Source: Rozella allomycis CSF55
Taxonomy: Eukaryota
Reading direction: 5' to 3'
Length of the DNA stretch: 64,000 nucleotides
Assembly (NCBI GenBank): GCA_000442015.1
Contig: KE561071.1
Location: forward strand, 62,001-126,000
Both the position numbers and the translations under genes were made by a program. Positions 22,662 through 38,711 of this stretch are shown piece by piece. A model generated the notes under the pieces. It saw nothing but the letters and a program-made list of their open reading frames with translations, was not told where the DNA came from and did no database searches. The first letter of the stretch is position 1; every line of letters begins with the position of its first letter.

Positions 22662-22709
22662 ATAAAGTGATTAAATGAATGAAAAGTTTAAAGTTGTAGT
22701 AAATGTTTA

Positions 22710-24788
<2,079 letters not shown>

Positions 24789-24928
24789 AAATTCACCAGG
24801 GTTATTGTGGCTAGGTGTTGACCTGCACATGACTAGAAAAAGTTCATCCTGTGATATTAATAAATTGAATGCATTTTATTCCAATTTTATTTTGTCTTTT
24901 TTGGTGGATCAAACTATTGTGGCTTGGT

Positions 24929-26673
24929 ATGAAACGAAAAACTGAATTCGAGGTGGACGACGGACCGCGTAGATGGAAAGAATATCAAGAAGATAATACA
25001 GATTTCAAGCTACCATATAAAGGAGAAGATGGTCGCTGGAAAAAAGAAAAAATTAGACCAAAAGAAATTATTGAACAAGATGATGAAGAATTTAAAGAAG
25101 AACAAAAGGAAGAATCAGGAGATATTTTAACTGAAGAAAAAATGGCTCAAGCGGCATTGGATATTCTCTCTGATCCCCAGGAAAATCTTGGACAATTAAA
25201 AAAGTTGAAAACATCTTTAAAGAATTCCAAAGATGAAGTTCATAAGATTTATCTAATTTTGACTCTTTGCTCTCTTTACAAAGATTTGATTCCGGAATAT
25301 AGAATTAGGCCTTTGACTGAAAAGGAATTGAATATGAAAGTAAATTTTTTTCATTTAAATTATAAAGGTTTCAAATGATGTTAAAAAATTGAGAGATTTT
25401 GAACAAACATTTTTATCACACTACCAAGGGTTTTTAAAAGAAGTTGAATTCATTTTGTCATCAAAGACAATTTCTGAAAAATTGTTATTAGCGTGCATTG
25501 AATGTTTGTGTCAATTAATGATAAAGGCTCCATATTTCAATTTCTTTAAGAATATTGTTTCAATAGTGGGAAGGTTCACATTGAATTCAGTCGTGGGAGA
25601 AAAATGCTGCAATTCAATGAAGGCGCTTTTTCAAGGGGATGAATCTGGAACTGTTTCTCTTCAAGGAATTCAAGTTTTGTATGCGTTGATAAAAAAGAAG
25701 AAATTTAATGTTCCTTGTAGAGTTATTGAAACTTTTACCTTTCTTAAACTACGCTACGAATATCGTGCTTCAGTCAACGATAAACCAAAAATGTCTAAAA
25801 ATCAAAAGAAAAAGTTGAAAAAAGATGAAAAGATGCTGGAAAAAGAAATGAAGGAGGCAGAAGCCATAGTCGCCTTTGATGAGAAACAGGCAGCATACAA
25901 GGAAACCTTAAAACTAATCTTTTACATATACGTAAATATTTTAAAGTCGCAAAAAGCAACCCTTTTGGTTTCCGTTTTAAAGGGTATATCAAAGTAAATA
26001 GAATCTATCTATCAAAAATAGGTTTGTTCATTTAGTGGATTATAAATTGGTCGTCGATATTATAAAAACAGTAAAAGAAAGAACCAACGATGAAAAATTA
26101 ACCCTCGACCAGGGTTTGTCATGCGTCATGACTGCAGTCGCTGCTGCCGAAAATGAATCAATGGGTACTATTTTTGTCATTCAAATATTAGGCGAACAGA
26201 TGGATTTAAAACAATTTTATGTTTATTTGTACAATCTTATTGACCAATTTGCGAAAAAATCGTTTGATATTGAAGTTGTAGAGACTTGTTTTAAATCACT
26301 ATTCTTTAAAAGATTTCAGGTAAACAGTCTATGATTTTTAAATTAGCCACCAGTAAATAGAGTAGCGTCTTTTGCCCACAAACTTTCTAAAGTCGCCATA
26401 AACTTGGATGACAGCACCATTCGTTTAAAGCTCTTTAATATTATAGTTCATCTTTTTATTGTAAGACTTTAAACATTTATTAAATAGAAATACCCTGGAA
26501 TTAGGGTTATCGCTGGTAATGAGCAAATTGCTAATGGTGTTTATCTTGAAAAGGCTAAAGATCCTGATATGGCATCACCTCTCAGCACAAAGTTATTAGA
26601 GTATGAAAAATGGAAAAAAATGAAGCAGCCAGAGTTGCAACCTCTTTTAAAGCAGATTAAACAATTCGAATAA
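24929..26673 (+). CDS. NOC3: Nucleolar complex-associated protein 3
   Basis: YKDLIPEYRIRPLTEKE, FEQTFLSHY, PYFNF, LEKEMKEAEA, ETLKLIFYIY. Confidence 0.88.
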
Positions 26674-26728
26674 ATAAATAATCAATGTCATTAACTAACT
26701 TTTCAATCATTTCACAAACCGAACAATA

Positions 26729-27315
26729 TCAATCAAATACTTTATTTTTTATATTTTCATCACATAAATCATAGCTTTTCAAAATCATTCCTTTCACCAC
26801 ATCATTCTCTTTCCATCCAAAAACCTGCTCCATTGTAATATTATATTTTACGGCTAGTTTTGAATCTTCCTCGGGAACTTTGCCAAACCATTTTAAAAGT
26901 GGAAAATCTTCGTCGTCATATTGTAAGGAAGATTCAGTCAGCGATGTCAATGCGAATTCTTCCCAATCTATCTCATTTTCTTCCGTGTACTTTGGATCAT
27001 CATCAATAATACATGTCATTCCACTATCACTAAAGTGAATCCCTAATAATTCGTAATCCTCAAAGGGCCTAGGAGGCCCAAAAGAATACATGATTTCGTT
27101 TGACGAAACTTCTTGAACTTCGAATGAATTTCTCTATAGACAAGTTTTAAAAATATTACTTGTCTAAAATAATCATATAACGCGTCATCGATTGTTACAG
27201 GCACATGTGTTCGTATTTGGTATGGGGACACACGCGCAGGAGCCATTAATATATTGGTTTCGTAACGAACCTTATCCACAATATAGCTTGGATCTGTAAC
27301 AAGAATTTTCTTCAT
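26729..27315 (-). CDS. Hypothetical protein (2 exons)
   Basis: Two track ORFs are joined by a short GT-AG intron near 27135-27160. Confidence 0.5.
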
Positions 27316-27428
27316 CGCCTATTGTTTCAGTGGATTAGTTTTTACAAGTCTGAACGATCTATACATAAAAGGCTAAAATTCCAGTTTAAAGTTTAACACC
27401 AAAGTCTTTTTATTTCTAAAACCGTTTC

Positions 27429-30269
27429 ATGAATCGGTTTAATATCATCCGGTCAGATCAATTTTATGCTAGATTTGTCAATTTTTTTGGACAAGAAAAT
27501 CCGATAAATAATGCATATATGCATAATGATAAGAACATCGATTGTGATTACCAGCAAGTTTTGTCATCAAAGCCAAATCCATTTAGGAAGAGTGAGGAGC
27601 GAGAACCAGAAATCTATGAAACTATGCAATTCAAAGAGTTCAAAATTAAAGAATGGAATCAATTTGATAGTTTCATTTACCAATCGCAACCTATTCTTAC
27701 GTTAAAGTAATAAATGTCCAAAAGCAATAATAGAATGGACATCAATAATCTTTGCCGCGAATGGGATCAAGCTGATTCTGATATTTACGATATCGATAAC
27801 ATTAATTTGTGGCTATAAGTTGACAAAATAAATTGTACGTAGCGACGTTTTTAAGTTAGTTACCAACAGCCACATTAATGCCGGGCAGAAGTGAAGTATA
27901 TGCCACTTCGAATAACAATTTGTTAGCTAAAGACAAAAGAAGCTCGTATACCAGTGAACCCGATAGCATGGGCAACATCACTGTTGTTTCATTTGACGGA
28001 GAGGTTGCTTCTATTAATTTTAGTTCTCAAACTACACCCAAAGTATGTATTCCTTTCTTACAGGGTAGCACTTAGTTAAAATATTGTGTCAGAAGAAAGG
28101 TATTTTGCAATGGGAGTATTTTGGAATTAAAAGGGCGCTAATACCAAAGAAATCTGATATTTACATGGGTGATGCATAATTAATTGAATTATAGATGTGC
28201 CAAAGATATGGTTGGCAAGTGATATGGTCCTTCATGAACAAGGATGTGATTCAACTACAATTCTATTCATCGAAATCAAGTATTGGTTCATCGACGAAAT
28301 TCAAATTACAGATTACGTATTGCTCGCTGTTCTATATAAAGAGGTATTGAACTCTTACCATTTTTTCGAGTTAAGAAAGCAAATCCTTAGATCTTACGTT
28401 GAAATAGCCCATCATGATACAATATGTTATTTAGCCGCAATTAATTTCAAGCTTCAAGGACAGACATATTCAAAGTCTTTAGCATTAATCAAGTAAATTT
28501 ATGCTCTCTTGCCAGAACAAAGCGCCAAAAATATTGATCAGTACATTCCCTCGAAAATGAAAAAAGAAAGAAGGATAAATGATTGGTATAAAGACATTGG
28601 CCAATATTCCTACGCATTAAGTAATACGAATGGTTCCGGTATGAACTGCACTACCATAAAATGAAGGCTTGCAATTTGATTATATTAAGACTATCAAAAC
28701 AAAGGTCCCGATGTTTACAGGACTATACTACCCAGCGGGGTATAAAAATCGTGAAATGTTAAAGATTTACCCCTTGTTGCTTTCCTTGTCACCGGAGGGC
28801 ATTAGAATATATTCGAAAGTCAAAAACCAATATGTAAAATTTTAATATAGAAATTGAAAAAAAGCGTTTAAAAACATTTGTGAGCTATGGTTATCTTGAA
28901 TTTGAAGAAATGAAAGTACCAAATGGCAGCAACGGAACAACTCAGCTGTCACGCGGATCGTCTATAACATTTGACCCCGACGAAAATTTAAAAAATGACA
29001 AAAAATCGGCGAAATTAAGTGTTAGCCACTCTTATCTATCAGACCAAGAAATTATTGGAACAAATAGGATGATCTTTAAGTTATCTCTAAGTACAGTTGC
29101 CAAAGTACCTAGCTGGAAGCATTTAGATAGGAACTCAAATACAGCGTTTATTGCTTTTTTGCCGGAGAATCAGGATTGATAGATTCATGTCGGTTCTATA
29201 AAAACCAATTTAACTATCTTATTCAGATATACAACGAGTCACCAAATCATTTCTTATACATTAACGTGCAACTCAAAGATAGGAGCGTCGTAAAGAAAAT
29301 GGAGTACAATATGCATACAACGCCAAGGGTAGGTTATTTCTTTAATCATTTTAGGAACTTTTATACCAATTTGCCCAAAAGGCTGGACTAAGGAATGTGG
29401 ACTATTTTCAATTAACAATTAGCATAGATGACTGCCGTAAACAAGATTTATTATTTTTTCAGATAAATATTTACAAATGGACGACAGCATGTTCCTTCAA
29501 GGGGTCCATATAACGTCATATCTAGAAATTCACCCTATTGAATATCCGAATGATTTTGAGGCCTTTGAATACCTAGAAAAATATATTTTTTACTTGGAAG
29601 TACATTTTTATTTCCTAAAATATAGATTCAAGATAACTTCCTCAAAGGTTTTCTATTAATTAAGGATCCAGATGCAATACAAATGGCCGCATTAACATTA
29701 GTTATATCCTCAGATTCCGAATCAATTGACTTGAAAAAGTAAAAAGTTAGAGTAAAAATTATCAGCATCGATCAAAATAAATTATATCCTCCTCTTTCAC
29801 CTTCAGAAAAGAGGAAGAAAATTTTTGATGCATACAACCAAACTATGGAAAGGTCTAAAGAACCCGCCATTGTCAAATTTCTTAAAATAGCACAGACATC
29901 TTTAAATTTTGGGATAATTTTTTATGATGGAATAGTAAGCTCATGCGAAATCAATTTTTTAAGATCCCGAAAACTCTAGACAAATGCTACATGGGAATAG
30001 GAAGAAATGGATGCTGCGTATTTAAAGATTTTGTATAATATATTTCAAGTTTTAATTAGGAAATATTGGGCTTTTATAGGTTTGGATTTGAGCTTCGTGA
30101 GATAACTAACATGGGTGATACCTTGAAGATAACTGTCAAAGCGTCAAGGAATGCCGATGAAAAGGTAACAATTTAATACTTGAAAGCATAGATTGTTCAA
30201 GTAGTCACTCAGCATACCGACGAAATCTTGAGCCTTTATAGCTATTTTAAGCAAAACAATTCCATTTAA
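27429..30269 (+). CDS. Multi-exon protein with two FERM-like regions
   Basis: FERM central-lobe-like segments (ICYLAAINFKL...DQYIP; YLEVQDNFLKG...AIQMAALTL; KFLKIAQTSLNFG) across many small exons. Boundaries approximate. Confidence 0.5.
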
Positions 30270-30440
30270 GAATTATATGTTTATCGAATCAAAAGCCCTT
30301 AACTTGGCGATATAATAAAAAGGACTCCTTTTATCTGAAATGCCATTGACTTTTTTATTTAAAGTCCGCGACATTCACCAAAATTCAATATTCATTATTT
30401 ACATATTTCCACTCTAAAGAGCCCTTTTTAAACATCCAAA

Positions 30441-31288
30441 ATGCTAAAATTTGAGATATTAATACCTTATGTTATCATACATACGATATTACCCATATTA
30501 GCAATCGTCTTTTTAATTGATAGCATTACCGTCAGACTGTTGTATTTTGCATTGATAGTTGTTTCTCAGTTCTATTATTATAAACTGGTTACAAGCAGCC
30601 CAGGAACACCTAAATCGATCCCTAAAGAAAAATGGGATGATATTGCGAATCTAAATATTAGCGACGGCAATATTGATGATGTCTTCTTGTGTAAAATATG
30701 TCGGGCCCTAAAACCCATCCGCACAAGGCACTGCAGAGATTGTAATACATGCATATTGAAGTTTGGTAAGAAATTGCTCATAATATTAAAGATCATCATT
30801 GCTTTTTCATAATGAACTGTGTTGGTGCATTAACTCAAAAAACATTCATATTTTATCTATTTTTTGAATGCATTGTGTGCTCTACAACGGCGATTGTGGT
30901 ATGTCATAATTTCGATCAACTCATGTAGGCGTTTTCAAAGCCTAAGATGTTTAGCATTTTAATTGGCTTTGTTTCTTCAATATTTGCAATTTTAACTTTT
31001 GGCTTGTTAATCTATCATTTATTCCTTGTAATTACAAATCAGACAACATGGGAACATCTTCGATCACCCTTCAGGATGGGCCCCGAATCAGATAGGATAG
31101 TCCCATACTTGCAGCCATTTCAAGACGAGCACTATATATTTGACCAAGGAATCATACGAAATTGGAGACAAATATTCCATGTGAATGAAAAACTTTCAGA
31201 TCTTCATCGTTTGTGGATGGATCAATACCGAAAAGCGGAATCCAATCCAGATGAAATGAAAGAAAACATATTAAACAATTGTTTTTAA
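30441..31288 (+). CDS. DHHC palmitoyltransferase
   Basis: CKICRALKPIRTRHCRDCNTCILKF/DHHCFFIMNCVG after splicing; NQTTWE motif. Confidence 0.92.
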
Positions 31289-31372
31289 ATAAATAGATGT
31301 TTTAGAGAATGAAAGAATTTTTCTTGAAATTTCTGGTCAACAAACCCTCAATTCTTGGCTCAAGTTTAAAAT

Positions 31373-33421
31373 ATGGGGTATTTAGGAATACGGGACTTTG
31401 AAGACTTTTCATCTGCAATATCTAGTTCATTACCTCACGGAATTTTGTTATTTGTTGGATTGGATGTTGACAGTTTATGTGCCTGTAGAATACTGACAGT
31501 AAGAAGATGTGATATAGTTGATAAAGGAATTGCTAAAACTTGATTTTATACCATTTCGGATTGTGCCTGTAGTTACAGTTAGTGATGTTACCAGAGCCAA
31601 TGAGAGTTTCTTTTTGGCCAATGTAGATGAGCAAGTGGTAAATAAATTACAGCAAGAAAACTTAGCCACGAACAATTATTATGATCAATTGTGCTGGATT
31701 ATTAGATGTTTCAGAAATAATGGGACTCGATGAAGACGAATTGACAACAATATATATCATAGATTCACACAGACCCTTAAACTTGTACAATGTGTTTGGA
31801 AGTGAAAGAGTATATTTAATATTACCATAATAAGTAGATTTATGTTATTGACGATGGTGACATTGAAAGCCACGAAAACGATTATTTGAAAGCATTTGAG
31901 TATCTTCAAGTAAATAAATACAAATCTAAATAATATGATAAACGAATTTGATGAGCAACAAGATGAAGAAGATGAAGATGACTCTGATAATGAATCAATT
32001 GATTCATTGGATTTAGACCCATCCAAAAGTGTTATTGCAAATGCACAGATTCCATATAATGTAAATTGTTGAGATGTTAATAACTAGGAATTAGGAAAAA
32101 AAGATAAGCGGAAAAGAAAGGCTGCTTACGAAGAAAGCTGGAAACATTATTGTACAGGATTATATAAAAGCACGCCTTGTGCTTATTTAATGTATTTATT
32201 ATCAACAGAAGTATCAAAAGCGACTTCAAATACCCTTTGGTATTATTTCATTTCAAAAATAAATTAAAGGTGGTGCATGACAAGTGTCACTGAAGCTTAT
32301 TTGTCATTTTCGATGAATGAAGAAAAATATTTATTTCTTTATGATACTTTAAAAAATGAAATATCAAAATACAATAATTTTGTAGAGAGTAATGCGGAGT
32401 TGGACAAAGAAAATACATTCATGTCTACAGAACGATTAGAATTGTTTAAAGACGATAACATTGAAGCTAAACGCGAATTAAAGTTCTTTTTAATGAGACA
32501 CTGGACGTTGTATGAAAGCATGATGTACTCGTCGTTTCTTATAACGCGGCTTCGAACTTGGAACGAAAAGGGAAAAATGAAATTAGATTTAATGTTATCT
32601 AAGATTGGGTAACAAAAGTTTTGCTGAATAATTAAAGGATTCCGCTATCAATTTGCAAGGGTCCCTTTGGGTTGATTGAAAAAGAAATTCAAAATGATTT
32701 TACGGATAAATTTGAAAAATATTCAGAAGAATTTAGAGTCACGGAATTTGAATTTGATTCGTTTATTAGAAGATATGGAATGAAACTTACTATATCAGCT
32801 AGTGACATGGTATACGCTCTTTACGCCTTATTGGATCCTATTTCAACCGACAATCTATCTCTATTTTATTCTGCTTATGATGCATTAGATTCGTAAAGAT
32901 ATATCTCAGCGTTAATAGAAATAATCATTCCATCCTAATCAAAGGATTAGATATGGCAAAAGAAGTTCAAAGATTTCTTGTTGAACAAGGAAATTCAATT
33001 ATTCTAAATAAACGAATAACTCCATTAAAGTCTTTTTATTTAGCCATGATGAACAATGCGAATTCATCGTGGCTGAAGAAACCAAACGTTCTAAAACAAT
33101 TAGCTGTTCATTTAATGACTGCTTTAAAAGTATTATATTATTTGGGTTTAAATAAAGGAAACGGGTAGAGATGTTACGAATCCCTTTGTGGTCGCCGCAA
33201 AGGACGATACCTCTAGAATCTTAACAAGCGTCTCGTTTGATAAAAAGTATATTAATTTCCATTCCATTTCATCTAGTAAGACAGTGAATGCCTTTCAAAA
33301 AACTGCACAAGATTTAAAGTGTAGCATTGAAGAATTGGATGTCATTAAAACTTGTATAAAAATCGAAGAAATCGACCTACAGCCATTCCTACAGCGATTA
33401 ACATATTCATTAATGGAATAA
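31373..33421 (+). CDS. CDC45: DNA replication initiation factor Cdc45
   Basis: LFVGLDVDSLCACRIL, IDSHRP, LMRHWTLYESM, ISASDMVYAL. Confidence 0.93.
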
Positions 33422-33465
33422 ATTTTATAGAAAAGATAAACGTATTATATATAAATGCATGTTTA

Positions 33466-35571
33466 TTAATTATTTAATTCGTATAGTTTTTGTATAATCG
33501 TTCGTTTTTGAAAAGGATTAAAGCCTCTTATTATTTGCATGCACTCTTCAACAGCGGAATTCACGTCTACAATCTTTTCTTTTGTGCGAATAACTTCCTT
33601 TTCCTCTTGTTTGTTTGCAGTTGCTTGCAATTTAGGCGTTTGAATGTAGTCCAAGGTGTTTTGAAATTTCGAGACATTTAAAAGATGCTTCTTAAGAAAA
33701 AATAGGAATTCAGACAATGATTGCTTCTTATTCATATTCAATTCTTCTCTGTATCTTTTAAAATTTTCGGCCACATCCAAGTCAACTTTGAAAGCCAAAG
33801 CGGGCTCAGATGTAGAAATTTGGTTATGAAAGTACACATTGTGGCTAGGATAAAAATTTGTCTGTCTAAGAAGGTTTTGTGGATATTTATTGCTTGATGA
33901 ACAAAGATGATAGACTAAGATTGGTGAAAAGGATTGTGGACTGATCTGGATAACCGACAAGGTTTGATTAATACATTGACTTGAACAATTACTAAAATAT
34001 TGTAAAAATTGATTTAAAATAAAATCAAGCTAAATTTGGCGTATTCTTTTTCATTACCTCTTCTGATGGCGAGCTCTTTATTATTTCCTTGAACAAGTGA
34101 ACCAAATCTTTTTCAAATTCTAAGAGTTTCATTTCTGTACACAATAAAAGAATAAAATGCTTTTAAATCGTCTAATTACGTTTACCAATGAGTGGAGATA
34201 AATTGAATTGGTTGAAAAAATGGACTCTTTAAACTTTGTCAGAAATTGAGAAACAAATGAAATAATTCTTCTCTTGTGTGACTTTTTCAAAAAAATTTAA
34301 CTAAATTTACAACAAGCAAAGAGTTTGGAAAGCATGAAAGGCACGAGATTTTATGGAGTGACGTTTTACTCTCCAAATTCATCAACAAGGCCTGATTAAG
34401 TATTTTCTTTCCTAAATCCATTAAAAACTTACTTTGAATTTCTCATTGAAAAAGTAGAGCCTCTTAATAACAAGTTTTGATACTTGCAAAGGCTGCAACA
34501 CGTCTTTGTGAGACTATTAAAGACAAATATTTATTTTTACACTCTTTAGTATAAAATTGATTATTCTTTCCACTTGAACATTATTTATTTTGGCCAGCAA
34601 CACGGGTAATACTTCGGATTGCAAATATCCCACAAAATGGCATTTTCCATTAAACTTTAACAATAAATTTATTCCAATCGATGGATTTAATTTGGTTACT
34701 TTGATAAAACAAGCGGCAATATTTTTGAGCAATGATATTTCATTTCTATTACTCACAAATAGAATGCCAAAAGGGATTCCCGATCGTATTATATCAATTA
34801 TTTTAGTTGCAGTGAATTCTATAACTGAATTGTCCCCCAAATGATTTGAATAATGTGAAAAAATAAATGGCAAGAGAATCTCAAATATGAAAAAGGTGAA
34901 TACTATTTGTTCATCAGTCTCCATCCACGAGCATTGAAAATTATCTCGACAAAAAATTAGATAGACTTGAATTTTGTGTAAAAATTGATAGTTCAAGCCA
35001 TCAGCAATTTCAAATATTGCCTTTAGACAAGTTGTCATTATCTTTTCCAGCACAGCTGCATTCTTTTCTAAAACGGATTCTGTTCTTTTAGTCAAATTAT
35101 TTTTATAATATAATCTACAAATTCATCCAAATTTCTTTACGAATAAATGATGGCACAGAATTTTATGCAATATAAAGACAATTCTTTAAATTCCTCCCAC
35201 GAAGAATTTTTTAGAATTTCAATCAATTCAACTTTTATATTTGCTAGTAGTTTAATATCTGATAATTTATCATCGGAAACGCATTGTTCATAATCAATCT
35301 GTGTAGTAATATAAACCAGCCTTTTGATGGCTGCAAGTTTATCTGATATCTTGGCAGCGATAATATAAGAAAGGCATTTTGATGTAAATGTTTTTCCCAG
35401 ATGCCAACTGGTAGACAAGGTTGCCGCATGCTCATCTAGTAAAGACCAACCAAGATTTTTACAGGAAAGATTTCCATTTTCTATGTTTTCAACTACATAC
35501 TTTATATCAGATTCTGAATAAACAGACCTACTACGATCAGCTAAACGTGAAACAATTAGTTCAACGCTCAT
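33466..35571 (-). CDS. Hypothetical alpha-helical protein, multi-exon
   Basis: Collinear minus-strand ORFs separated by short GT-AG introns; family not recognised. Confidence 0.5.
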
Positions 35572-35620
35572 TGAGAAAAATCTTAAAGTAAAAATGTCAA
35601 AAAAGATTTTATTACAATAA

Positions 35621-38575
35621 TTAGTCTTTTGGTTCTATCAGCAAGGAAAAATTGTATTGCTCTGATTCAGATTTAAGCAATCCTTTATCTTTGGTTAAGA
35701 ATTCTTGAATTATTGAAAAGCAAATAAACGAATATTGCTTTCTTTTAAATAAATATATTTGTTTAAATATGGGATAAATTATTTTTAATTTTTGGAAATT
35801 AATTAACTCTGCATCAATGTAGTTGGAATACGCATCATTTATAAAGGTTAAATCTTTCAGGTATAGACCCATCCTAGTCAAAAATATGAAAGGAGTTTAC
35901 CATGGAATACATGGACCATCAATTGATTGATCTGTCTCTTTTCTCAGTAATTCGTAATTTCTCTCAGCGGAAACAATAGAGTTAACTGATTGATATATAT
36001 TTGAATACTTTTTGGGAAGCATATCCCAAGTATGACGCAATCTATGAATAGAAGCGCTTTGTAGGGCAGTAACTATCGCTTTTGAACAGTTAAAGTTTTT
36101 TAAATTCAAAAGTTTCTAATTACAAATTCACCAACTTTTTACTTGGGCTGTTAATATGAAATGTCGAAGACAACGTGATCTCTCTTTTATTGAAGTTGAT
36201 GAAAGTATTTCAGTTATAACCCATTGAGTTACCTAGATTACTCTCTTGAAATCAAATTACAAAATTAAATCTTTGGATCATATTGGAAACATCTTGATCG
36301 TGTTTCTCTATTAAAGATTTAACTCTTATTTTATTGAATACATTTTGATCAATTAAGGTAAGCTGCCTGGCAAGTTCCAAAGGGTCCAGCGCTAAAAGGA
36401 AATTTGTTTCCATTTGCTTTGGGAGAATAGGAGATGGAGGGATTCTTTTTAGAAATTTATTATGCTTTAAATAATCGACCTGCGATTTCATTATGGAATA
36501 TGCCTTTGAAAATTGATCTTTTACATGACTCTCTAATCGCTCAACAAAATCTTATTAAGTTACCAATGAAATTGTCCAATATATTTAATATGTCGGGCTC
36601 ATTGTCGTAATAATCATCATAACAAAATTCTAACAACTTTTGAATAAATTCCAAAACCCTTGTTCAAGGCACCATTGACGGTTACTTCAAACGAATTGGA
36701 ACAACAATTTGGCATTCAGAATATTTAGATTTTGGAATCTCTATGTTTTCTGCATGTTTATATCGCATCATTAAAAGCTTAACTAGTGCATTAGATGTAG
36801 TATACAGAGGGTAGCAAAAAATAAACGCTTCTTCAATTTCATTATCACCTTCAGAATTGAATCTAGTATAGTTTACTTATCGGGGAGAACCAACAAATTC
36901 TTTCAACAATCTTTTCCAGTGTTGCTCCCTTAACTGTTTTTAACGAGAAATCAGGCTCTTTCAACATTGACTGAGGCGAGAATAGAGAGTTTGAAGAATT
37001 AGAAATGGTTGAATTTCTCTTTGGGCGGTTTTTAGGTGTGACGCTAACATCGGCAGGTAAATTAACCATAGAAGAATTGAATTGAAATTCATTCCTTGGT
37101 GTTGAAGGCTTTTTAGTATCAAATAAAATTCCAGTTTTATCGTTTTCTAAAACCTTGGTGTACATTAATAGACTTGGATGTAATGGGGAATATGGTATCC
37201 AAAGCTTTTTTACGTGCGTTGGCTCTTCATCGTCAGTTATAGTTGGCAATGAGTGAGAGTTGTTCCAATTGGAAGTAAATGCTTTGTAGGTAAACGTTCT
37301 CGTTAAAATTTTTCTGGTTAGTAAATTCTGCGCAAACGTCTTGAACGTTTTATCGTCCGAGTTTATTTCTTCTGTTCTCTTTTTATAATCTTCAAGATCT
37401 AATTTCGAGCTTAGATTTCTAGAACTTCGCTTTGAGTTAATCTTTGACTTGTCCAAATCCTCAATTGCTAAAATTATATCTTTAAATGTTGAGCTTGCGT
37501 CAAGTACTGAAATAGTTTCATATTTATCTTGAAGTTGAATTATTTGTTCAACCAGTTTGGAGAGCAATAATTCTAAATTTTCCTGATTCTTTATCTTGTC
37601 GATCTGAAAGCCTCTACATGATATCACTGAAAACATTTCCCTTGTCATTTCTTTCAGACGAGAAGCTTCAGATTTGATTTCCACTATAACCCTCTTGTCG
37701 TTCTCTTTTATTAAATCGGCAATTTTAGGCAAACATTTCAAGTTGATGTTTTCTTTCAATCGGTCGAGCATTCTTGCTTTATAAACAACCACTAAATCCA
37801 AGGAAACGGGTTCATCGTGTAAAAAATTGTTTTCTAGGTCTTTCAATGACGATTTCATTCTTTGCAAAACAAAATGACATTGACTAGATGCAGTATGCGT
37901 GGGTGAAAGGTATAACGCAGAAGTTACAGACTTTAAAACATCAAAGCAAGCTGCACAAGTTATAGAGTAAAATTGATAAGATAAAGGGAATCTCTTCTCG
38001 CAATAATGGTCTAGTTGCAACAAAGAAAATGTAATTTCGGTAAACACTTTTTTCATATATTTCTGCCAGAGAGAATCACTGTAAACATTTCTTTGTAATA
38101 AATTTTCAGCGAGTAAATCAATCTCACCATAAATGACCCGGAAAAAGTTTATCAATTCAGCTTCAGTATTGAATTTTACCATAAACTTGACGTTAACACT
38201 TTTTAAGCATTCAGAAATAATAGAAATTTCTCGAGTTAATTCCTTGTATAGTTTATCCAACATTTCAACTTCTTGGCCGGTTGAATGGTTAAAAATTGCT
38301 TTTTTCACTTGTTCTATCAATTCAAACACGCATTGTGATATATATTCAGACTCTAATGTGCATGTATGATTCTTGGATATTTTTTCGAGTACTGATTTCA
38401 GCCAGTCTATTGAACAAGAGACATGTTTAATTATTGCGCTCAGCCGTTTTGTTAAACTGACAACAAGCTCGTAATTACATTCAGTAAACGCATTTTTTAT
38501 ATTATTGCTGCAAGTTGAGATATCCGTTTCCAAGTATGTTACATAGCCAGAGTAATCAAATAGTAACTTTGACAT
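35621..38575 (-). CDS. RasGEF (REM + CDC25 domain) with a long helical N-terminus
   Basis: VKGATLEKIVERI, LDPLELARQLTLID, NFNCSKAIVTALQSASIHRLRHTW, PCIPW, GLYLKDLTFINDA, LINFQK. Confidence 0.9.
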
Positions 38576-38711
38576 ATGTAAGTAAGCCACAATTAATGTT
38601 AGGCGATATACTTTTATTTCTTGACCTTACCTTCGACCTTTTAATACTTTAAATAAATAAAATAAATTGTTTTTATTAAATGTTCATTTTTGAAATTTCA
38701 AAAAAGATTTT